DNA from: Zymomonas mobilis subsp. mobilis ATCC 10988
GTDB taxonomy: Bacteria; Pseudomonadota; Alphaproteobacteria; Sphingomonadales; Sphingomonadaceae
DNA length: 32,000 nucleotides
Assembly (NCBI RefSeq): GCF_000175255.2
Contig: NC_017262.1
Coordinates: forward strand, 210,001 to 242,000
Direction of reading: 5' to 3'
The stretch's first letter is position 1; each line of letters begins with the position of its first letter. Positions 1-9,465 of the stretch are shown here, in pieces. Under the pieces are notes generated by a model that worked only from the letters and a program-made list of their open reading frames with translations, made no database searches and was not told the origin of the DNA. A program made the translations under genes and the position numbers.

Positions 1-141
<141 letters not shown>

Positions 142-663
142 TTAAAAAGCATCCCGACCGCGCGCCATGGCTGCAATACCCGTGCGCGCGACTTCAACCA
201 AGCCCAATTCACCCATAAGCTCGAGAAATTTTTCAACTTTTTCAGTTGTGCCGGTAACTTCAAAGATAAAACTGGCAATGGTCGCATCAACTACCCGGGC
301 ATGATAAACTTCAGCCAAACGCAAGGCTTCGATACGATTATCACCCACGCCAACCACTTTAATAAGGGCTAATTCCCGTTCAACATGGGGGCCAATGGCT
401 GTCAAATCGACAACCCGATGCACCGGCGGCAGACGGTCCAACTGGTGAACCATCTGGTCGATGACATGAGGAAGGCCACTGGTCACAATGCTTAACCGGC
501 TTATGGCGTTATCTTTTGTGACATCCGCAACTGTCAGGCTTTCGATATTATAGCCTCTGGTAGAAAACATGCCTGAAATCCGGGCAAGAATACCAGCAAC
601 GTTATCAACAGTGACAGAAAGCGTATGGCGCTCTATCACTTCTCCACTATCCATGATGGGCAA
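142..663 (-). CDS. ilvH: Acetolactate synthase small (regulatory) subunit, ACT domain
   Basis: 173 aa ORF containing HTLSVTVDNVAGILARISGMFSTRGYNIESLTV and lying next to the catalytic subunit. Confidence 0.95.
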   Translation of the reverse strand: MPIMDSGEVIERHTLSVTVDNVAGILARISGMFSTRGYNIESLTVADVTKDNAISRLSIVTSGLPHVIDQMVHQLDRLPPVHRVVDLTAIGPHVERELALIKVVGVGDNRIEALRLAEVYHARVVDATIASFIFEVTGTTEKVEKFLELMGELGLVEVARTGIAAMARGRDAF

Positions 664-675
664 AGTCCTTAAAGA

Positions 676-2463
676 TTAACCGCGAATGGTGGTCGCAGAC
701 GGAGGCGCAGCGGAAGGGGTATATTCCGGCTTCTTGACATGGTTATCGGTGATATCCGATTCCAAAATCATTTCAGTCTGGCCGGCTCCCGGCGGCACCA
801 TGGGCAAACAATTCGCTAATTGAGCAACCTGACAATCAACCAAGACAGGCCCCGGCGTTTCCAACATCGTTTTGATGCCATCTTCAAGCTGGGAAGGCTT
901 CTCAATTTTAAGCGCATTCCAGCCATAGGCCTTGGCCAAAGCGACAAAATCAGGCAGCGCTTCTGAATAGCTTTGTGACCGGCGATGATCATAAAGCAAA
1001 TCTTGCCACTGACGCACCATGCCCATGAAACGGTTATTCAAGATGAAAATTTTCACCGGCAAACGATATTGAGCAACCGTAGCCATTTCCTGAATATTCA
1101 TCTGGAAAGAGGCTTCACCAGCAATCGTCATGCAGAGGCTGTCTGGATTACCGACCTGCGCGCCAATAATAGACGGGAAACCATAGCCCATCGTTCCCAA
1201 ACCACCTGAAGTCAGGAAATGATTGGGAGAGTCAAAACCAAAATATTGAGCGGTCCACATCTGATGCTGTCCGACTTCTGTCGAGACGATCGGATTCTTA
1301 CCCTTTGTGGCTTCCCACAGGCTACGGATAGCCTGCTGCGGCATGATCTCGTTACCCTGCTTGGTAAAGTTCAGGCATTGTTTGGCGCGCCATTCATCAA
1401 TCTGCACCCACCATGCCGAAATATCCTGCATCTGGTAATGCTTTTCTTTCCAAAGCGCGACCATGTCCTGCATGACTGATCCGACATCACCCACAATCGG
1501 TAAGTCCACATGGATGATACGGTTGATCGAAGAACGATCAATATCGACATGGATTTTCTTGGAATGAGGTGAAAAGCTATCAACCCGACATGTCACACGA
1601 TCATCAAAGCGGCTGCCAAGGGCAACCACTAAATCAGCGTCATGCATGGCAAAATTGGCTTCATAAGTGCCGTGCATACCAAGCATACCCAACCATTGCT
1701 GGGAAGAGGCTGGAAATGCGCCCAGGCCCATCAGGGTTGAGGTTACCGGAACACCCGTCAAGTCGGCCAATTCACGCAAGGCTTTGCTGGCATCGGGACC
1801 AGAATTGATAACGCCGCCACCAGTATAGAAAACCGGACGCTTTGCCTTGGCAATCATATCAAGAGCGTTGGTGATTTCGACTGGATCCGCTTTAACACGC
1901 GGACGATAACCGCGATGCATCCGCTTGTTAGGATCCGGTTTGATATAGTCGATAACCGCCGTCTGAACATTTTTCGGAAGGTCAATAACCACCGGTCCCG
2001 GACGACCGGAGGTCGCCAGATGGAAGGCCTCGACAATCGTCTGAGCTAAATCCTTCGGGTCGCGAACCAGATAGTTATGCTTGGTGCAATGGCGGGTAAT
2101 GCCGATGGTATCCGCCTCTTGGAAAGCATCGGTTCCGATTAAATTCGTGGCGACCTGACCAGAAAAAACAACCAACGGAATGGAATCAAGCATGGCATCA
2201 GCGATGCCGGTAACGGCATTTGTCGCCCCCGGACCTGAAGTCACTATAACAACACCGGGTTTTCCGGTCGACCGCGCATAGCCTTCTGCTGCATGGACAG
2301 CCCCGCCTTCTTGGCGAGCCAGAATATGCCGGATGCCTTCATCCTGATAAAGGGCATCATAAATGGGGAGAACTGCTCCGCCGGGATAGCCGAAGATCAG
2401 ATCGACACCCATATCCTTGAGTGTTTCAAGAACAATGGCGGCGCCGCTGAGTTGGCGACACAT
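676..2463 (-). CDS. ilvB: Acetolactate synthase large (catalytic) subunit, ThDP-dependent
   Basis: 595 aa ORF with LKDMGVDLIFGYPGGAVLPIYDAL, ARQEGGAVHAAEGYARSTGKPGVVIVTSGPGATN and a C-terminal ThDP-binding region. Confidence 0.95.
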   Translation of the reverse strand: MCRQLSGAAIVLETLKDMGVDLIFGYPGGAVLPIYDALYQDEGIRHILARQEGGAVHAAEGYARSTGKPGVVIVTSGPGATNAVTGIADAMLDSIPLVVFSGQVATNLIGTDAFQEADTIGITRHCTKHNYLVRDPKDLAQTIVEAFHLATSGRPGPVVIDLPKNVQTAVIDYIKPDPNKRMHRGYRPRVKADPVEITNALDMIAKAKRPVFYTGGGVINSGPDASKALRELADLTGVPVTSTLMGLGAFPASSQQWLGMLGMHGTYEANFAMHDADLVVALGSRFDDRVTCRVDSFSPHSKKIHVDIDRSSINRIIHVDLPIVGDVGSVMQDMVALWKEKHYQMQDISAWWVQIDEWRAKQCLNFTKQGNEIMPQQAIRSLWEATKGKNPIVSTEVGQHQMWTAQYFGFDSPNHFLTSGGLGTMGYGFPSIIGAQVGNPDSLCMTIAGEASFQMNIQEMATVAQYRLPVKIFILNNRFMGMVRQWQDLLYDHRRSQSYSEALPDFVALAKAYGWNALKIEKPSQLEDGIKTMLETPGPVLVDCQVAQLANCLPMVPPGAGQTEMILESDITDNHVKKPEYTPSAAPPSATTIRG

Positions 2464-2485
2464 GCTTTATTTCCTTTTCGAAACC

Positions 2486-2514
2486 CCATGATCCAATCGC
2501 GATGATTGTCATGG
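2486..2514 (-). promoter_or_regulatory. Leader hairpin upstream of ilvB (5' UTR candidate)
   Basis: The + strand reads CCATGA-TC-CAATC-GCGAT-GATTG-TCATGG. This gives 11 paired positions with a 2-nt bulge and a 5-nt loop, about 22 nt upstream of the ilvB start codon. Confidence 0.4.
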
Positions 2515-2616
2515 TTCAGTTTGTAGCCTTGATAAGGGAAAGGCTAAAAATCTAAGTGAATTTAAAAACAGCAAAGGTAGAGGACGGCCTTAAAAGAATA
2601 AAACTATTCACGTCAA

Positions 2617-3555
2617 CTATATTGATAATAATTTTATTGCGAAATCGTCAATTTTTTTAAAATTGATGTCATCGAAAATTTTTATCCAACTCTCGTCCGT
2701 CTGATGACGAAACCACGTTCTCTGCCTTTTGGCATATTGACGGGTAGCTGCCTTTGCTTTTTCGATCATTGTTAATCGATCAATTTCCCCTCTTATATAA
2801 GACGCTATTTCTCTTACGCCAATAGCCCGCATAATCGGTAAATCTGCCGGTAATTGACGACCCATTAGTCGAATAACTTCTTTCTCGGCACCTTGTTCCA
2901 ACATTTGATCAAATCTTTTGTCGCAACGAGATCTCAAGATATTTGCTGGCGGTATAATGACAAAAGATTGCAATTTTATTTCATTGGCGATGCCGCCCGT
3001 TTTTTTCTGCTGCCAATAATGCAAAGGATGGCCCGTCGAACGCATCACTTCCAAAGCCCGCATAATGCGCGTCTTATCCGTCGGACGAAGCCTGTCTGCT
3101 GCCATCGGATCTTCTTGCTGTAGGGCACTATAAGCGTCTTCTACAGACATGGATCGGACTTCTTCACGTAGTTCGGGGGCAATATCCGGTATCGGAGCAA
3201 TGCCCTCTAGCAAGGTTCTGATATAAAGACCTGTGCCGCCGACCAGAATAGGAAGTCTACCACTTTCATGGGCATTTTTTATTTCTTTTTTAGCCAGTTC
3301 CGCCCAAAAAACAGCCGATGCGGGTTCGCTGCCATCCTGAATTCCAAAGAGACGATGGGGTAATATTTTTTCATCCGCATCGCTCGGACGGGCTGTTAAG
3401 ATTTGAAGATCCGTATATAATTGCGAGGCGTCGGCATTAATAATAATGCCGTTTGTTTTTATCCCCATTGCAATAGCTAATTGCGACTTGCCGCTTGCTG
3501 TTGGGCCTGCGATGAGGAGAACTGGATGTTTTTTAGGAGATTCGGATATGCTCAT
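2617..3555 (-). CDS. miaA: tRNA dimethylallyltransferase
   Basis: 312 aa ORF with the P-loop VLLIAGPTASGKSQLAIAMA and the motifs DASQLYTDLQILTARP and LVGGTGLYIRTLLEG. Confidence 0.96.
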   Translation of the reverse strand: MSISESPKKHPVLLIAGPTASGKSQLAIAMGIKTNGIIINADASQLYTDLQILTARPSDADEKILPHRLFGIQDGSEPASAVFWAELAKKEIKNAHESGRLPILVGGTGLYIRTLLEGIAPIPDIAPELREEVRSMSVEDAYSALQQEDPMAADRLRPTDKTRIMRALEVMRSTGHPLHYWQQKKTGGIANEIKLQSFVIIPPANILRSRCDKRFDQMLEQGAEKEVIRLMGRQLPADLPIMRAIGVREIASYIRGEIDRLTMIEKAKAATRQYAKRQRTWFRHQTDESWIKIFDDINFKKIDDFAIKLLSI

Positions 3556-4429
3556 TGCTACACTGATAGCAGCAAAATCCTTGCCCGTAGATGCTCTTGA
3601 TCAAGCTCGGTCGCTTCTGGCTTCAAAGGGCGGTAAAATCGGGGATCAGAAATGGCTGGCACCGGAAAAAGCGATTGATCTGTCCTTGGAAGATATCAGT
3701 CTGGCAGATGCACGGGCTGTTTTTTTTGATTCGATGCCGGGCATCGATGTATTTGTGCAAAATGACGAGCATCGTCGCAAAAAACTGCTGATATCCGATA
3801 TGGATTCAACCGCGATTGCGGATGAATGCATGGATGAGCTGGCGGATTATGCCGGTTTCAGAAAAGAATCCGAAGAAATCACGATCCGCGCAATGCGGGG
3901 GGAATTGAATTTTGACGAATCTCTGAAAGCCAGAACCAAACTTCTGGCGGGTTTGAAAACATCTGTGATTCAGGAATGCGTCCGCGATCGCATTCATTTA
4001 ACCCCGGGGATCAAAACGCTTATTCAGACGATGAATGCCAATGGCGCTCATTGTTTTCTGGTTTCTGGCGGTTTTCTTGATTTTGCTGTACCCGTTGCGA
4101 AAGAAATCGGTTTTGAAAAACCCTTTGCCAACACCTTGGAGGTCGAAGGCGATACATTGACAGGCCGGGTGCTTGATCCAATTTTAGGGCCTGAAACCAA
4201 AAAAGAAATTTTGCAGGAAGAATGCCAGCGTTTCGGTATTAAATTAGAAGAAACCATCACCTTGGGGGATGGCGCTAATGATATTCCGATGATCGAGGCC
4301 GCGGGCCTTGGCGTTGCTTATCATGCCAAACCACGCACAGTTTCTCACTCAGATGCTCATATCAGCTATGGTGATATGACAGCGATCCTTTTTGCCCAAG
4401 GCTATACGCCCGATGAATGGGTAAAATAA
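3548..4429 (+). CDS. serB: Phosphoserine phosphatase
   Basis: The likely start is the internal ATG at 3548 (MLIATLIAAKSLPVD...), not the ORF-track start at 3446. HAD motifs: LLISDMDSTAIADECMDELA and ITLGDGANDIPMIEAAGLGVAYHAKP. Confidence 0.94.
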   Translation: MLIATLIAAKSLPVDALDQARSLLASKGGKIGDQKWLAPEKAIDLSLEDISLADARAVFFDSMPGIDVFVQNDEHRRKKLLISDMDSTAIADECMDELADYAGFRKESEEITIRAMRGELNFDESLKARTKLLAGLKTSVIQECVRDRIHLTPGIKTLIQTMNANGAHCFLVSGGFLDFAVPVAKEIGFEKPFANTLEVEGDTLTGRVLDPILGPETKKEILQEECQRFGIKLEETITLGDGANDIPMIEAAGLGVAYHAKPRTVSHSDAHISYGDMTAILFAQGYTPDEWVK

Positions 4430-4456
4430 GACCTTTTCCCTTTCTAAAATTTCAGA

Positions 4457-4495
4457 GGTGGCTTTATTCCTGTTAAAGCCACCTTTTATTTTATC
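4457..4495 (+). terminator. Rho-independent terminator of serB
   Basis: GGTGGCTTTA (4457-4466) pairs with TAAAGCCACC (4474-4483), followed by a T-rich tract. Confidence 0.85.
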
Positions 4496-4852
4496 TTTTT
4501 CTTTATTCTTTCTTAGCTTTTCTGATTAAAAATTTTTGTAAATATAGCCAATATTTCCAATGAAATATCAGGTTAAAATATCTGTAAAGAACGAGAATTT
4601 TCTTATCACTTTAACGATAACTATTGGCATCATCAAAATCATCAAGAATTAATCAAAATTGAAATGACAGTTATGCCTTTTACTCTAAAAGGGATGTGCT
4701 TTCTGTCTTGGAATAAGGCCATATTTTTGTTAATTCATAATAAATAAAAAGGTAAATCATCTTCAATAGGGAATCGGATACTATAAATTTATAGCCGTTC
4801 ATCCGATCATCTCTGGCGCTGGATTAAGATAACGAGGGGCAAGCACAGTTTT

Positions 4853-6298
4853 ATGAATATCAAGGCTTTATTCGGGTCTGCGGTCGTCTTGGCAGTGGTG
4901 GCCTATGGGGCAACAACCTCTTATCTGGTTCATTACGATCATGAAACAGCGCCCAAACTTTCTTCGCTGTCCCCGACAAATAACAATCCGAAAGCTAAGG
5001 CTGCCTTTGATACAATTGCAGAAGCCCGCTGCGATTACTGTCATACCAAAGATGCTAAACTGCCTTTTTATGCTAGCTTGCCCGTTGCAAAACAGTTGAT
5101 GCAGCGTGACATCAAACGCGGGTTACAGCATTTCCAGATACAACCGGTTTTAAATGCCTTGGAAAAAGGCGAAGCGGTCGATGAAGAATCCTTGGCAAGA
5201 ATGCAGTTCGTCGTTGAGCATGACATGATGCCGCCGAAAATGTATCTTACCATGCATTGGCATGCCGCCCTTGGTGAAAAGGGCAAAAAGGCTATGCTGG
5301 AATGGATCAAGGAAAGCCGGATTAAAAATTATGATGCGGCTGGGCTTGTTGCGCCTCAATTTCAGTCGGAACCGATACAACCCATTCCGGCAGCTGATTT
5401 TTCTGACAAAGAAAAAATCGCCCTTGGGGAACGTCTGTTCTTTGATAAACAGCTTTCTGGCGATGGCACTTTAAATTGTGCCAGCTGTCACGGCCTGAAC
5501 AAGGGTGGGGTGGATAATCTCGTCACCTCTACGGGTATCAAAGGACAAAAGGGTCCCATTAACGCGCCTACTGTTTACAATTCGGTTTATAACAAACTGC
5601 AATTCTGGGATGGCCGAGCAAAAGATTTACAGGAACAGGCGGCGGGTCCTGTCATGAATCCTCTGGAAATGGGTTCCCATGATTGGGCAGAAGTTAGCAA
5701 GCGCGTTATGGCACAGCCGGGCTATAAAGAAGCCTTTACAAAGGTCTATGGCGGTCAGGCCAATCAGGAACGTATTACCAATGCAATCGCTGTTTATGAG
5801 GCGACTTTGGTAACGCCTGACAGTCGTTTTGACCAATATTTAAAAGGCCATGAAAACGCGATCAACGAACAGGAAAAACGCGGTTACGCGTTGTTTAAAG
5901 ATCTGGGTTGTGCTTCTTGCCATGTCGGTAAAGCGATGGGTGGTCAAAGTTTTGAAGTTATGGGACTTGAAGGTGACTATTTCGGTAAAAGAGGTCACCC
6001 AAGTGATGCCGATCAAGGCCGTTTCTCTCAAACGCATAATGCCCTTGATATGCATCGTTTCAATGTGCCAACATTACGGAATATTGAATTGACGGCACCT
6101 TATTTCCATGATGGCAGCGCCAAAACTTTGGAAGAAGCCGTTCGTGAAATGGTGCGCTACCAGACGCAGAAAGGCCAAATTCCTGAAAAGGATGTTCAGG
6201 ATATTGTGGCCTTCTTGAAAACTCAAACGGGAAGCTATCGCGGCCATAATCTGGCAACGATCACAGAAGAAGAAGCAGGCATATTGCCTTCTAAATAA
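4853..6298 (+). CDS. Membrane-anchored tri-heme cytochrome c peroxidase (YhjA-like, MauG/CcpA superfamily)
   Basis: 481 aa with an N-terminal hydrophobic anchor (LFGSAVVLAVVAYGA) and three CXXCH motifs: CDYCH (5030-5044), CASCH (5477-5491) and CASCH (5909-5923). It also has the family motifs LGERLFFDKQLSGDGTLNCASCH and FNVPTLRNIELTAPYFHDG. Confidence 0.92.
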   Translation: MNIKALFGSAVVLAVVAYGATTSYLVHYDHETAPKLSSLSPTNNNPKAKAAFDTIAEARCDYCHTKDAKLPFYASLPVAKQLMQRDIKRGLQHFQIQPVLNALEKGEAVDEESLARMQFVVEHDMMPPKMYLTMHWHAALGEKGKKAMLEWIKESRIKNYDAAGLVAPQFQSEPIQPIPAADFSDKEKIALGERLFFDKQLSGDGTLNCASCHGLNKGGVDNLVTSTGIKGQKGPINAPTVYNSVYNKLQFWDGRAKDLQEQAAGPVMNPLEMGSHDWAEVSKRVMAQPGYKEAFTKVYGGQANQERITNAIAVYEATLVTPDSRFDQYLKGHENAINEQEKRGYALFKDLGCASCHVGKAMGGQSFEVMGLEGDYFGKRGHPSDADQGRFSQTHNALDMHRFNVPTLRNIELTAPYFHDGSAKTLEEAVREMVRYQTQKGQIPEKDVQDIVAFLKTQTGSYRGHNLATITEEEAGILPSK

Positions 6299-6326
6299 TC
6301 ATCCTCCTCTTTAAACAAGAGAACAG

Positions 6327-6379
6327 ATGCCTCTCTTCCAAAAGGATAAAATCCTAATGAAAGAGGGGCATTTTTTTAA
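6327..6379 (+). terminator. Terminator downstream of the cytochrome c peroxidase gene
   Basis: ATGCCTCTCTT (6327-6337) pairs with AAAGAGGGGCAT (starting at 6361), followed by a T run. Confidence 0.7.
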
Positions 6380-6395
6380 AAATTAGCTGTTATCT

Positions 6396-7769
6396 GTGGT
6401 CAGCTTCGCTTATTCCAATGGTATGTTAACTATATCGCAAGCAGAAGAACAGGCAGCCCGTTTGGTGGCTGCTGCATGTCAAGCCGGAGCCGATGCGGCT
6501 GATGTTGTTTTTGTCCAAGGACAATCCCAAGATATTTCCGTTCGCTTGGGACAACTAGAAGATGTGGGTCGCTCTGAAGGCGCAGAGATCGGGTTAAGAT
6601 TGTTTATCGGACATCGTTCGGCCAGTGTTTCTTCTTCTGATTTTTCGAAAGAAGCCTTGGATGCCTTGGTTGAAAGAGCCGTTGCGATGGCACGCGAGGC
6701 GCCCGAAGATCGCTGGGCAGGCTTGGCACCAAAAGAATTGCTGATGCAGGGCGCAGCACCGGAAATCGAAAGCGATGATGGAAAAGAAATTGCTCCAGCC
6801 GTCTTGCGAGAGCTGGCCTTAAAAGCTGAGGATGCTGCCCGTTCAGTTGACGGTATTACAAATAGTGAAGGGGCTTCTGCCAGCGCAGGTCGCACGATTT
6901 TTGCCCTCGCGACGAGTGAGGGTTTCACTCGCGGTTCCAGCTCTTCAAGCTATGGCTGCTCTGCCTGTGTTATTGCAGGGCAGGGGGTTAATATGCAGCG
7001 TGATTATGATTTTCACGCCACCCGCTATTTTGAAGATTTAGACGCGGCTGAATTGATTGGGACAAGAGCCGCTGAACGGACAATTGCGCGATTGAATCCG
7101 ACGCGGATTGATAGCGGTCAAATGCCGATTATTTTCGATCCACGCGTCGGTAGCGGATTCTTATCCTATTTAATTCAAGGCATCAGCGGCGGCGCTATCA
7201 CGCGCAAGACCAGTTTTTTGTTAGACAGCCTTGGAAAGCCGGTTTTCAATGAAGGTATCACCATCAAAGAAGACCCTTGGCGGAAAAGAGGCATCGCCTC
7301 GCGTGCTTTTGATGGCGAAGGCCTACCAACAAAACCCAATAATATTATTGAAAAAGGCCGATTGAATGGCTGGTTGCTTGATTCAGCCGCCGCTCGTCAA
7401 TTGGGCATGACCCCGACTGGCCATGCCAGAAGAGGCGTCGGGGGGCCTCCGTCAACAGGAACGGCCAATCTTTATCTGGAAGCTGGAAAGGTCACACCCG
7501 AAGAATTGATGTCAGATATCAAGCTGGGTATTTATGTGACCGAAATGATTGGCAGTGGTGTCAATATGATTACGGGTGATTATAGCCGTGGCGCATCCGG
7601 CTTTATTATTCGTGATGGGCAGCTTGCGGAGCCTGTTGCCGAAATTACAGTTGCCGGTAATTTGAAAGACATCTTTATGCATATGGTGCCTGCCAATGAT
7701 CTGCGCTTCCGTCGCGGAACCGAAGTGCCGACTTTGCGGGTCGATGGATTGATGGTTGCTGGCCAATAA
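6396..7769 (+). CDS. pmbA: TldE/PmbA-family metalloprotease-related protein
   Basis: 457 aa with VFVQGQSQDISVRLGQLEDVGRSEGAEIGLRLFIGHRSASVSSSD and a C-terminal NMITGDYSRGASGFIIRDGQLAEPVAEITVAGNLKDIF. The start could be the GTG at 6396 or an ATG 9 codons in. Confidence 0.92.
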   Translation: MVSFAYSNGMLTISQAEEQAARLVAAACQAGADAADVVFVQGQSQDISVRLGQLEDVGRSEGAEIGLRLFIGHRSASVSSSDFSKEALDALVERAVAMAREAPEDRWAGLAPKELLMQGAAPEIESDDGKEIAPAVLRELALKAEDAARSVDGITNSEGASASAGRTIFALATSEGFTRGSSSSSYGCSACVIAGQGVNMQRDYDFHATRYFEDLDAAELIGTRAAERTIARLNPTRIDSGQMPIIFDPRVGSGFLSYLIQGISGGAITRKTSFLLDSLGKPVFNEGITIKEDPWRKRGIASRAFDGEGLPTKPNNIIEKGRLNGWLLDSAAARQLGMTPTGHARRGVGGPPSTGTANLYLEAGKVTPEELMSDIKLGIYVTEMIGSGVNMITGDYSRGASGFIIRDGQLAEPVAEITVAGNLKDIFMHMVPANDLRFRRGTEVPTLRVDGLMVAGQ

Positions 7770-7792
7770 TCCTTCGCTAAAATTTTATTGAG

Positions 7793-7832
7793 AAAGGCAT
7801 GGCGGCAGAAGCCTCTGTGCCTTTTATTTTTT
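7793..7832 (+). terminator. Terminator downstream of pmbA
   Basis: AAAGGCA (7793-7799) pairs with TGCCTTT (7818-7824), followed by TATTTTTT. It overlaps the 3' end of the convergent DMT gene by one base. Confidence 0.6.
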
Positions 7833-8720
7833 GGGAATAAGCGGAAATAGAGCCGGTTTCCGTCCTTTCATAACCCAAGGTTGCCCCAGAAACAGCGCGA
7901 CCACCAATAATCCGGCAGCCCAAGCAAAGGATGGCGGGAAAGGATGACCTTTCATCCATAAGAAAAAACGGCTGGCAAAAGGTTCGATTGAAAAAATCAG
8001 CGCCATCGGGAAAGCCGACATAGCTTGTTGCGCCTTGTTTAAACAAAGTTGAGCCGCCGCCATCAAAATGGCCAAAACGATCAGCCCAAGGAAAATACCC
8101 GAATGAAAATCAAGCGGTAATGGGCGGGTTAAAAATAATGCGGCAGGGGTTATCCATACCGTTTGGGTAAGCAGGCCGATAACGGCCAAAGAAACCGGAT
8201 CAATAATACGCTTTTTCAAAACATAATGGTTGCCAAAGAAGAAAGCCGCAAAAGCAAAAGCAGCCATAAAGGCAAAAAGATAACCATTATTCCAGCTTTT
8301 AGGCCAAGAGGGCTGTGCCAAAATCGCCAATGCCCCAAAAGCAAAAGACGCTGATATTAAAGCTATAGCCCCAGAGCGCGAAAAAATTTTCTTTCTATAT
8401 TGTAACAAGAGAGCCATCACGACCACCAATGCCATGATCGTCGCGGTTTGTTGCGCTCCTATTTTGAGTAATCCGGCCATTTCCAGATAGAAAGAAGCCG
8501 ATTGCAAGGACGCTATTGCTATAGCCCAAAGCCATTTTTTGGCAGAGATCGCAGGCGGATGGCCTTGGACGATAATCAGAAAACAGGTGGCTAAGCCATA
8601 TCCTATCGCCATAACCGAGGCGAAAGCCGTATGATAAAAGGCTTGCCCCAAAACCAAAGACAGCGCGGTGTTAAGGAGCATAGCAAAAAAAGCTATCCCG
8701 AAATAAGCAAGCTGATTCAT
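7824..8720 (-). CDS. DMT/EamA-like permease, about 10 TM segments
   Basis: 298 aa highly hydrophobic ORF (MNQLAYFGIAFFAMLLNTALSLVLGQAFYHTAFASVMAIGYGLATCF...). It starts 15 bp downstream of the carbonic anhydrase gene. Confidence 0.7.
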   Translation of the reverse strand: MNQLAYFGIAFFAMLLNTALSLVLGQAFYHTAFASVMAIGYGLATCFLIIVQGHPPAISAKKWLWAIAIASLQSASFYLEMAGLLKIGAQQTATIMALVVVMALLLQYRKKIFSRSGAIALISASFAFGALAILAQPSWPKSWNNGYLFAFMAAFAFAAFFFGNHYVLKKRIIDPVSLAVIGLLTQTVWITPAALFLTRPLPLDFHSGIFLGLIVLAILMAAAQLCLNKAQQAMSAFPMALIFSIEPFASRFFLWMKGHPFPPSFAWAAGLLVVALFLGQPWVMKGRKPALFPLIPKK

Positions 8721-8735
8721 CGGGATAGGATAGGC

Positions 8736-9365
8736 CTAAAGGCGAATAAATTCGCTACTTTTCGGTTCTAACAAATGTAACGAACCATTTTCGATCGCAA
8801 ACCATGCCCCATGCAGGTCGAGTTTACCTGCGGCTTCCCGATCTCGAACAAAGGGAAAACTACGGAGATTGGCAATACTGGTTCTGACGCCTTCATGTTC
8901 CAAACGGCAAGCAACATCAGATTCGTGGCCATGTTCGGCAACGACTCTGTCGCGGGCATCATCCAGCAAGGAAATCCAGCTTTTGATGAAGAAATCATCA
9001 TCTTCGTCTTCGCTTCCGGTGCCTTCCAAAGAAGCTTTGATACCGCCACAGGCACCATGCCCCATAACTAGAATATCGCTTACTTCCAGCTTGGTTACGG
9101 CATATTCAAGTGCTGCCGATACACCATGATGCCCTAATTCTCTTTCATAAGGCGGCACCAAGGCACCCACGACACGAATAACAAAAATTTCACCCGGATT
9201 GGTATCGAATATCTGGGCAGGATCAACGCGACTATCAGAACAGGCGATAACCAGAACCTTCGGGTTTTGACCTTTTGACAAATGCTCCCAACGATCATGT
9301 TGGTCTGTCCAGTCACCACTACGGAAGCGCTGATATCCCATAATCAGTTTCTGAAAGTCTATCAT
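8736..9365 (-). CDS. Beta-class carbonic anhydrase
   Basis: 209 aa with the zinc/active-site motifs VLVIACSDSRVDPAQIF, FVIRVVGALVPPYE and ILVMGHGACGGI. Confidence 0.94.
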   Translation of the reverse strand: MIDFQKLIMGYQRFRSGDWTDQHDRWEHLSKGQNPKVLVIACSDSRVDPAQIFDTNPGEIFVIRVVGALVPPYERELGHHGVSAALEYAVTKLEVSDILVMGHGACGGIKASLEGTGSEDEDDDFFIKSWISLLDDARDRVVAEHGHESDVACRLEHEGVRTSIANLRSFPFVRDREAAGKLDLHGAWFAIENGSLHLLEPKSSEFIRL

Positions 9366-9465
9366 AGAAAAAATCTTTCTTCATAGAATGAAAAATTGAT
9401 AATTATCTTTTGCCTGTGTCTTGTCACACTGGCAAGTAACGAAAGGTATCGTTAAATATAAAGGT

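Noticed and set aside
3446-3547. N-terminal 34 residues of the ORF-track version of serB (MPFVFIPIAIANCDLPLAVGPAMRRTGCFLGDSD)
   Set aside because: This stretch is the reverse complement of the miaA P-loop coding region and does not resemble SerB. The natural start is the ATG at 3548.
6479-6928. 149 aa minus-strand ORF (MKPSLVARAKIVRPALAEAPSLFV...)
   Set aside because: Antisense to pmbA. The Ala/Ser-rich composition reflects the opposite strand's codons.
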